From the NCBI GenBank assembly GCA_907165135.1, contig OU015566.1, positions 6,572,001 to 6,636,000 on the forward strand: DNA of 64,000 nucleotides, in the 5' to 3' direction. The stretch is from Oikopleura dioica. Its lineage: Eukaryota; Animalia; Chordata. Both the position numbers and the translations under genes were made by a program. The notes under the pieces are model-generated. The model ran no database searches. It had not been told where the DNA came from and saw only the letters and a list, made by a program, of their open reading frames with translations. Shown here piece after piece: positions 1 to 9,548 of this stretch (position 1 is its first letter; each line of letters starts with the position of its first letter).

Positions 1-466
1 CATGTGCTAGTCTTTCTTTGCTTCTCTAAATAAATTGTTTATTATTATAATAAATGAAAGAAACAAGGAAGAAACTTACCCAGATAGCCTGAAGGGACTT
101 TTTGTAAGATTTATTCTTGTGCATGATCAAAGAACATGAATAAACAGTCCCATTTTTCGACTCAAATGTTCCAGCGGGCTGTCCTTAAAATTATGCTAAC
201 AAAACAATTTTAGGCGATTGTTCACCATCGTAGCTTGCTTGAAGCATAAAACCACGAAAGTCGAATTTTGACAGAATCTTTAGCTCAAAGACATCTTCCT
301 CTTCACTCGGGACTTGCTTCACATGTAGAATATCAGTTTCATGAACCATTTGGCTCTCGTTATGATGCTCTGGGAACTTTGACAAATTGCAGGGGTCGAA
401 GTTGTACAATTCATAATTCGAATAGCTTGCTCCGATATCGAGAAAAGTTTGCAAAAGAAAAAGCAT
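1..466 (-). CDS. Secreted Reeler-domain protein (5' part; runs off window start)
   Basis: Hydrophobic start MLFLLQTFLDIGASYS, then FELKILSKFDFRGFMLQAS. After a ~42-nt GT-AG intron comes GQPAGTFESKNGTVYSCSLIMHKNKSYKKSLQAIW, matching the Reeler pattern FRGFLLQA...GTF...C...H.N...K..V...W. Confidence 0.7.
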
Positions 467-621
467 CACTATAAATTTTGATATTCCCGAAAAATAAGAA
501 TCTTTAGTGCTCCGCTTCGCTTTCTTGCTGATAAATGCAAATAATTCGCATCCGTCTTTTTCCAAAAATGATTGATTTTATCTTATATAATGGCTTCAAT
601 CAGGGTTCAAAATCACCTAGT

Positions 622-846
622 TTTTAGGTGAGGTGAGGTGAGGTGATAAGTACAAAAAAGGTGCACCTTTAGGTGCACCTAAAAAAGTCCCAAATCTCAA
701 AAATTTTAGGTGAGGTGGGTGAGGTGATAGATTGGAAAAAGGTGCACCTTTCAGGTGCACCTAAAAAAGACAATTTTTGAAAAGTTTTAGGTGAGGTGGG
801 TGAGGTGATATTCCGAAAAAGGGTGCACGGTGCACCTTTTAGGTGG
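622..846. repeat. ~81-bp tandem repeat (about 2.7 units) rich in AGGTG and GGTGCACC palindromes
   Basis: Units begin TTTTAGGTGAGGTG at ~622, ~704 and ~785, each followed by AAAAAGGTGCAC blocks. Confidence 0.85.
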
Positions 847-974
847 TTGATCCTTCTACCATGATCTGGGGCCTGCTTATGGTGATCTGATTGTGTCTAT
901 GGTATGGTATCTGATTCTCTCTAGAATAAAATTTCTGTGTAAGCATAAAAATAAAAATTGCGAAGAAAGAGAAA

Positions 975-1457
975 ATGTGGCTGAAGTACTCGCTTCTTTT
1001 TGCCTGTGCACTTGCTGGAACCTGCAGCACCTTTAATCGTGTTCGATGTGGTCAAGGGCAAAGCCAAGGTAAAAATATATCGCACTGACCGTTTAAAAAA
1101 ATGAAAAGAATGGGGAGAATCTGACTGTCTTCAAGCTGGCTGCTGCTGGAACAATGATGTCACCGGTAAGTTCCCGGATAAGATTGATAAAAGCTGAATA
1201 TTTCTTAGAAATCGCCTATCGATGCACGAAAAACGACGAAGATGCTCGAAGAAGCCTCGAAGCGCGAACGACCAATACAAATTATACCGACATTTTGGCT
1301 GAAGTGATCGCCTATCACGACTCCAGAGCTGTCTGGGCTGTTCCTTTCTACACCTCAATTGTAATTCTTCCAGCTTCTTACAGTGGCATAAGAATAATTT
1401 TAGCCTTTCGTCATCATCGCTGCGTTCAATTGGATCAAGAATATTTACCAAGATTGA
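975..1457 (+). CDS. Small trefoil (P-type)-like domain, C-terminally anchored membrane protein
   Basis: Four-exon model: signal MWLKYSLLFACALAG, then TCSTFNRVRCGQGQSQ / ESDCLQAGCCWNNDVT / EIAYRC (six Cys with the GCCW motif), and a hydrophobic tail AVWAVPFYTSIPFVIIAAFNWIKNIYQD*. Not visible as a single ORF. Confidence 0.6.
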
Positions 1458-1588
1458 AACACTATCAAAGCAAAGTATCTATCATTATTTTTTATAATAA
1501 ACACTTTCTATTATTTGAAATACAACAAGAGATGCGCTGGATGATATTTTTAATATGAAGAAGTAGAAAAAACAGGAGGAAAAATATC

Positions 1589-3551
1589 TTACAACCAGTT
1601 GAATCGTTCGAATTGCGGATAGCAGTTCTCTTGATCTCGGCCTCTCTTGGTCGCCTCTTCTCGCGCATCAATGTGGTTCAGCCAGTCTTTCATGTAGTCG
1701 TCCAAATACGCGATGAACTTAATTCTGTCTTCGTTGTTTTCGGGGTTCCATGATTTGTGGAAAACATTGTGGTTCTCCTCTGGATCGAATTCGATATTGT
1801 ACAGTTCCTCTGATCCAGGAATGTATTTCATGTTTTCTTTTCGAATGGCGGCATTTTTCAGATCTGATTCGACTCCGGGAGTGTAAGCATGTGTCAGAAT
1901 CGGTTTCTTTTTCACTTCGTAGCTGGCTTCGCCTGTTTCTAGGTATGATAAGAGGCTTCTGCTGTCTGGTGCTTCGTTGCAGCCCAAGTCGTAGTCGATT
2001 AAGTCGGCAAGGGTGGCGTAGATGTCGACTGTGGAAACTTGAACCTTTGGCTCGTAGATGGTTCTTGGCGAGGGTTTTAAATAACATGATAGAAAAATCA
2101 TCTTTTATTGAGATAAATCTAGCTTTGAGAAAAATCAAGCTTTTTGGACCCTTTCCTGGGCTCGAATTTCTTCGGATAGCGCCATAAAAATGGAGTCCTA
2201 TGACTTGCCTCTCCCATTGTATTTTTGTAACCCTAATAATTTGATCGACAACAAGTCCCTTAATCGACATAAAAAGGCGAAAGTCGAATTCTTTTTTCTA
2301 TAAGTCGACCAATGCCTTGAGTTCAACAGTTCTTGCCGGTCCACCAGTAGATTCCGGCAAATCAAGTCGCCATTGACTATGCCCCCAGTTGCTAAGAATT
2401 TTCTTCCCAGTTACAGTTGGTCCATTGTCGCACATGAAAATCACGAGAGTATCGTTCACAATATCATGTTCTTCTAATTTATCAAGAATTTTTCCGACAA
2501 TCTCGTCCGTCTCCATCACCATTTCTCCAAAGAGCCCTGCTTCCGTCTGATTTCGGAATCGAGGAGGCGTGTTGAACGGTGCGTGCCCAGATTTCATTCC
2601 GTAATAGGCGAAAAACGGCTCTTCGTGATTTTCGTCGATGAAATTTTCGAGTTTTTGCTCGTCTTTTGCTCGATTTCGCGACTGTCGAAGGACTTCCCAG
2701 CGATTGTTTGGCGCATCCATGTTAGATAATAATTATTCAACTGAAATGGATCTGTGATTTCTTCTGCGTGACCAGTCGGGCCGAAATAGCCAGTGTAGGG
2801 GAAGTTATGGCCACTTGGCGAATAGTTTTCGACCGGAGTTGTTTCTGGATAAGGTTGGAGCTGAATCAAAGTATCTGCTGGTTCAGTGCTTCTTCCGTTT
2901 TCGAAGGATAAGCCGGGGCTGCAGCAAAGACCAGGCTGCGTGTACGCGTAATCATAGCCGTAAACTTCTGGTTTAGGGTTTTGTGCGTAATATCCGAATT
3001 TTTGGTGAACGGTGGCCGTATTCGGAAAGTTCAACAAACCGACTTCTTTCTTGTACTCCAACGCTTCTAGCCGGCGGGCGGTGGTTGCTTCGTTATCTTC
3101 TCGAGTAGCATTTTCGTGATTTATACCCATCGGGAACGGTTGCTGTTTTCCAAAGATTCCTGTCTTGTAGCCCGACTTTTTGAACATTTCACCAATATGC
3201 GGCTCGCCTATTTTCGAAGTTCAATAATTTTTTCGATCATAAAGAGTTTCAACAAAAAATATTCTGAACTTTCGCTTGGTTGATCATTCTAAACTGACTA
3301 TCATTCATCGAGTACCGCCCGGTCATGAGCATATATCGACTCGGCGAGCAGCGACTTGAAGCCGAATTCGCAGCTAGAAACTTCACCCCCTCATTACCGA
3401 TTCTGTCAATATTCGGCGTTGGCACTTTCGCTTCTCTGTTGTAAATTGAAAAATCTCCGATGCCGAAATCATCGACATTTAACAAGATGACGTTCGGTTT
3501 TCTCGCCTCGTTTTCAAGGGCAAAAAGGAAAAAACTTGAAAAAAGCTTCAT
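1589..3551 (-). CDS. Formylglycine-dependent (S1) sulfatase, arylsulfatase-like; apparent 1-nt frameshift near 2652-2656
   Basis: KPNVILLNVDDFGIGD, catalytic CSPSR plus LMTGRY, GYKTGIFGK, PFFAYYGMKSGHAP, TLVIFMCDNGP, GYKNTMGEASHRTPFLWRYP and DIYATLADL are all present. Confidence 0.9.
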
Positions 3552-3728
3552 TTTTCAGTTTTTTGAATATAATATTTCATAATGGGGACATAATTGGGGA
3601 CTATTTTGGCGCTAATGAGCGTTTCGTGAGTTTTGAGAAAAAAACTTAGAGATGATATATTCAAAATAAGTTTCCGTTGTCTAAAAACTAACGTTTTATT
3701 TATCGTTACAACAGTATTTTACCGTGGT

Positions 3729-4107
3729 TTTCCCACTTAAGAGCGTTTTTGCCAATATTTTCCATATTTTTTCATCTGAAAAAATCCCAACTTTAGAGCG
3801 TTTTTAGGAATTTTTAATTAATAATTAGAATAACGTTTATTTCAATCTGAAAAATCATTGAAAAAAATTGTTTTCTACGCTTTTTTTCAGGTGAAATCAT
3901 AGCCTCTGATTCAAAGATCGAATTTTTTTATCATAAAATGGTAAAAATGACCTCAGATGCATTTTAAGAGTTTTCGAAAAAGTTCATTTTATGCATTTTC
4001 ATTCATAATTTTTTTCCCACTGTCATCCTAGTTTGATCGTAAATTTTCCAACTTAAGAGCGTTTTGGTCTACCCTTGTCATCTGAAAAACGCTCTAAAGA
4101 TGGAAAA
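3729..4107. repeat. Dispersed ~16-bp motif C(A)ACTT(A/T)AGAGCGTTTT, three direct copies and one inverted
   Basis: Copies near 3735, 3787 and 4048, with a reverse-complement copy near 4085 (AAAAACGCTCTAAAG). Confidence 0.55.
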
Positions 4108-4311
4108 CGACGGTAATTAGCTCTCAAAAGAAGAATCGATACTTGAGACTTCAATAATTCGAAAATATTAGCAAATGACGAAATTATATTTACGTCAATT
4201 TAGATGCGTAATTCAGATTTACGCCAAAAAGATTTTTACGAGCATTTATTTCTTATAAAACCCGCGATTTTAGTCACCTGTCCCTAAATTACACAAAACT
4301 GAAAAATAAAA

Positions 4312-6484
4312 ATGATCCTTTTTTCTTCTCTTCTCTTAGTCGCAAATGCTGGAAATTCCTGCATTCCTTCTCATTTTCACTTCACGGGCAAATATGGAAC
4401 CGTCAACTCATTTCGAGCAAAAATCATCCATGATAGCACTTACAAAGAGATCGTTCAAAAGTGCGAAAGTGCGGGTATGAACCTTCCCGAACCAATGACA
4501 CAGGAGTTCAATGACGCTCTTGTCGAGTTCTGGGTCAGCAACGACCGATGGATGGGCGATCTCCCAGTCGGAATCGCTGCTGACTGGAAAGCTCTTTCGT
4601 CTGGAGAACCAGCTTTATTCAAACAGTTCAAGAGCCCACGACCAATTATTGGCCAAATTGATCACTACGCTGTGATGAACAAGAATGGCGAATGGCATGC
4701 AGATACGAACGAGGACAGAGTCTTCCCTAGAGCCCTGTGTTTATCCAAAGAGGGAGGCACAAAATTTGAAGGTCATTCAATTAATGTTAGTGAAAGTCAC
4801 GATCCCTGCTTTGGCAAAGAAAACTGCGAGACTTTTATCAACTCTTGCGAAACCTACCCAATTCCTTCGGACAAAATCTCGACAATCGAGGCAACTGTTA
4901 ACTTCAAATCGTCAATCGATATTCAATGCAGCCATGGAATGCCGAATGGAAGATGGTTGAACATCTTTCACATTAGCGCTGGAGGAGAGATAGGACAACC
5001 GGGCGATCGCTTCTTCGCTGCATGGAGATTCCCTCATGATGAGCGGTTGCACTTCGCCCTTGGCGCGCCAGAAGGAGGATTCGCCAAGTACAAAAACTTG
5101 AACTGCGTTGATGGCGAATGGAACAAGTACACTCTTGAGCAAAGACAAGTTCCAGATTCTCTAAACACCGTGATGCTGATTTTTTCAAGGGACGATGAAG
5201 TTCTTCTGACCGGATATTACGGTGTCAAAGATGTCTTCACCGGATCTGTTGATGTTTTCTTATCAAGAAGACCAAGTTTGAGAGAAATCGCTTCTGACTA
5301 CGCTGTTCGAAAGTTTTACTACCAAAAATTTCCCGAAATTGAGCCCGAAGAGTGTACCAATCGTTCTGACCCATGTAAAGGACTTGAAAATTGCCAAACT
5401 TTCATCGACTCCTGCACCTCAAACCCATCAACGACCAATAAAATTGGAACAATCGAAGCCACTCCGAATTTCAGAACCGCTATCGATGTTCAATGTACAC
5501 ATGGCATGAGTAAAGGACGATGGCTGAATATCTTCCATATGACTCATATGATATGAGTGCGGGAGGTGAAATAGGAAAGCCAGGTGATCGATTCTTCGCT
5601 GCATGGAGATTTCCGAGCGATGAACGACTTCATTTTGCTCTTGGTGTTCCCGAAGGAGGATTTGCCAAGTATCAAAACCTCAATTGCAATGATGGCGAGT
5701 GGAACACATATGTTCTCGAGCAGAAACAAGATCAAGATGACCCGAATGTCGTCGTCTTGAGCTTTTCTATTGACGGAAATAAAATTGCCTCGTATACTTA
5801 TGCTACTTCAGCGGTTCTCTCGGAGGTACCAGTTGATGTTTTCTCGTCTCGTCGCCCTCAACTTAGGGAAATTGCATGGAAAAGCGCTGTTCGAAACTTC
5901 TACTACCAAGAATTTCCTGAAATCATACCAGAAGAGTGCACAAATGGCTCCGATCCATGTGACGGTCTCGAAAACTGCGAGACTTACATTGACAGCTGCA
6001 AAATCACTCCATTTGCTGGAAATCAGATCGCGAAAACAAATGGCTACGATCAATTTAAAATAACTGCAGAAGTACGATGCACTAATAGAGTCGCTCAAAC
6101 GTGGGAGAATGTTTTGCATGTCAACACAGGCACTAGTCGCCAAAACTTCGGAGATCGCTACTTTACGATCTGGAAGAAACACGGCTCATCCAATGAACTC
6201 CGAATCGTCGCTCCCGTTCTCGGCAATGACTTCGATGAATTGAACGCGTACGTCAATTGCGAAGAAGGATGGCACACATTCACTGTCCAACAGAGCGCTT
6301 TCGATGAGAAACAAATGAACGTCGAGATCATTTTTGACGGAGATGTCGTAAAAACCAACTCGTTCGAAAAGAAGATGTTTTCAACGGCTCCCTGAACGTC
6401 GAAGTTGCTTCCAACTTTGGCTGGCCAGCTGCGACAGATCATTACGTCCGAAACTTCTTCCACCAAGACATGTCAAACGAATGA
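4312..6484 (+). pseudogene. Intronless secreted protein: C-type-lectin-like domain plus three ~170-190 aa 'GDRYF' modules; two frameshifts (~5539, ~6372)
   Basis: Signal MILFSSLLLVANA, then a CTLD-like segment (C..AGMNLPEP...N.AL...YAVMNKNGEWHAD...RALC) and three repeats starting DPC.G.ENC.T(F/Y)I.SC. Homology continues across frames after the 14-nt insertion at 5539 and at ~6372 (DVFNGSLNVEVASNFGWPAATDHYVRNFFHQDMSNE*). Confidence 0.75.
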
Positions 6485-6731
6485 ATAATCAGTTATTTTC
6501 AATAAATACTCATGAAAACCTGAAACATGAATGAATTTTGTCAATTCTTTATAAGAATAAAATTTGGAAACGAGTGCTCAATTGAACCACTCTGATGGCG
6601 TTTGCCATACAGACAAATATTTGAACACAACGCATGCAGAAAGACAATCGCGCTTTCCCTCTAACAAAATATTCTGCAGAAAGAGAAAAGGTTTTCGGGC
6701 GAAAAGAAGACGTCATTTTCGAATAGCTAGA

Positions 6732-9118
6732 ATGCCAGTGAGTTTGTTACGGTTACAAAATAATAGATAAGTCATCACAATTATTTTCTTAAATTATTTG
6801 TGTAACACGCAAAAGCAAGACGGACGATATGCCAACATCGACGAAGCTCAATTTGGAAACAACCATGGAGTTGCTGAGGCTTTAGACACCACGACAGGGG
6901 AGACTGTAATTGTTAAAGCGACTCTGCTTCAGAACGCTGATCATTGGAGAAATACGCAACAAGAAGCTGCTACTCTTCGAGAGCTGGGTAAGTCAACTAT
7001 TTTTACTTCTAGTGAGCTTTTGGTAGATCACGCAAATGTGGTCCGATTTGTCGATTTTCTTGATCGACAAATGCCGGATTGGGCATTTGGCTCAATGTGT
7101 TTCATTATCATGGAACATTGCGGTGGGGGCAGTCTTGCCGATTGGATCGAGAAAATGAAAGATGTTGGACGGAAACCAACGATGGACGAAGCCACTCTTG
7201 TCGGCGCTCAGATCATATCTGGTCTGAGCTATTGCCACGAGAAGAACAAGCTTCACCTTGATATGAAGCCGGAAAATTTGTTTCTCCTTTCCGACTTTAT
7301 AACGGTAAGCAAATATCATGGGAACTATAAACTAGCTCGTATCAAAGGTGAAGCTCGGTGACTTCGGGAGCGCACTTTCGATCCGCTCCGTTCAGGAGTC
7401 CATGACAACGTCCAGCGGCGATCCCATCAAATGCACTCCTCTTTATGCTGCGCCTGGTAATCCATAAAAAGTACTAAAGTCAATATTTTCGTAGAAATCC
7501 TGAAGGAAAAAGAGGGAACGTCCAGCGAAAAGGAAAAGAAATCGCCAAGATTAGATGTTTGGGGTTTCGGTCTTATCTTGCAGGTTTGGATTGAATCATT
7601 GATCATCGTTACATGTATTCAGGAGGTGCTGACATTGGAACATCCTTTTGGACGAGTTGATGGTCGACAAGCTTTCAAAACTGAGATTCGTAAGTTTCTT
7701 AAAATCCTCTTAAAAATAATAAAAATATGTTTAGTGACGAACATTCAAGTCGGAAATCGAACGACACTTTTTGAAATCTTCGGTGAAACCGATGAATATG
7801 AAGAATTTGAAATCCTCCTTCAAAAATGCACTCATCCCGATCGCAAAAGACGACCAAGAAACGCGATAAAACTTCGCGACGAAGATCTCTTCGTTGATTT
7901 CTTGCAGCGAATCGAAAATGGCGAGAGACCAAGCAACATTGTTCCTCCTCCCTTTCCGAATGAAAATGATGACGTTCAGAGGCTCAAAGAGGAGATCGAG
8001 CAAAAGGACAGGACGATCGTTGAGTTGCAGAATCGACTCAACACTTTCAACGAAATCATGGACTATCGACTCAGAGAAGAAGCGAAGCAAAAGGATGAAA
8101 AAATCGCTAAGCAAAATCGAGTAAGGGCAAGCTTATTTTATAAGAAAAATTGTTTTTCTAGGAAATCGAGCAACTAAAACGTGAAAACAGATCTGTAAAG
8201 CAAGAACACGTAAATTTGAAGAAACTCAATTCCGAATTGGAGCAAAATTTCGAGTACTCTAGCAAAATCATCGACGAGCTGAAAATGGTAAAATAAACTT
8301 ATCAACTTTTCTCGATGAAAAATTTAAGAAAACCGAATCTGAGCGAAAAGAACGAGAAAATGATCTGGAAAAGGCGAAACGAGAAATTGCAAGTCTCCGG
8401 TCACTTTTGATCGAAGAAAATGAAAGAAATCACCGAGAAAGTGCAAATCAAAAATTGGAAAATGAAAGAGTTGGACTTGAATCGAGAGAACAGCGAAGAA
8501 ACAATCAGCCAGTTGCGAAAAACGAAGTAAAGAAAGTTGAAATTAGAAACGAGGAACTGGAGAAACTGAGGAAGGAGTTGGGCACTAAGGGTGGAGTCGG
8601 CGAGTTTTATAGAAATGACAAAAGTACACTTAATGGTGGAGAAAGAAATGAAATGGGCGAAAAAGAATTGCAAAAGGTACTCAAACTGCTCTCACTTGGA
8701 CAACGAACCATCAATCTCAAGGAGAGAGAGTTTTTAATTTTTGAAAGCAAAAACGAATTTCGAAAAAGTCTCCGCGAAGTTTTTTGAGCATCTTAATTGG
8801 GACGTCGCAGAGGCAGGTTGGCACTTAGTGTTCAAAAGTGCTTTGAAAGATAAAGGAGGAGATGGCTGGTTCTACTTATCCCTCTGGAATAACGGTAAAA
8901 GTAAAAATTTCAATTTTTAAAATTTTATTTCAGAAGGCGGCATAAGATTCAAAGCCATCGCGCAACAAATTCTTTGGGAAACTGGAGAAGAGTCGAATCG
9001 GAAAGAAATCGAAAGCCAGGCGGATGGACCACGGCAAACCATCAAATATCGGTACTGCGAAACTCGAACTCGTTGGATTGATTATGTTAGATTCAATGTT
9101 TATTTTGACGCTCATTAA
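6732..9118 (+). CDS. Non-RD Ser/Thr protein kinase (NEK-like) with coiled coil and uncharacterised C-terminal domain
   Basis: VIVK, QEAATL, HLDMKPEN, KLGDFGS, TPLYAAPE and DVWGFG are spread over short GT-AG introns. A long E/K-rich coiled coil follows, then the C-terminal domain HLNWDVAEAGWHLVFK...WFYLSLWNN/EGGIRFKAIAQQ...YVRFNVYFDAH*. Confidence 0.85.
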
Positions 9119-9548
9119 AAGAAGCTGAAAAAAACTTCATTTGAATAACTTCCTGTAAAAAATCAACCCTTGCAATTCTTACAAAATTACAAATAACAGC
9201 TTAGGAGTAAGCAATATATTTGAATACTCGCAGAGCATCCTTATATTTTATTTTTGTTCTCATAAAGAGCTAATATCAGTTTATTAAAAGATTCTTTCTT
9301 GGATAGGTAACATGATTTGAAATGACTCCGAAAAGAGAGCCGTAAGGATATTTTCTAAATTGCGTTTTACTAAGTTGTTGTTGCACTTGACCGCGTTTTA
9401 TACAAATTACAATAGTTGAATAAAGCTGTTATCGGGAGGAAATGAATTGCCAGTCGGAGACTAACTCAATTAGAATAAGTTGATGAAGTAGCAGGGTAGT
9501 TGAAAAAATAGAAGAAGACGAAAGTGGAGGAGCGCGATCCCATAATGT

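Noticed and set aside
622-846. Repeat-spacer appearance suggesting a CRISPR array
   Set aside because: The units are degenerate, the 'spacers' are short and AT-rich, there are under three units and no cas genes, and the context is an intron-rich eukaryote.
1719-2270. Long alternative-frame and antisense ORFs over the sulfatase (also 1750-2187, and similar ones over SRCAP, PTPN14, CTSD, KLHL and GAL3ST)
   Set aside because: They are shadows of real coding exons, with no motifs and no independent splice or start signals.
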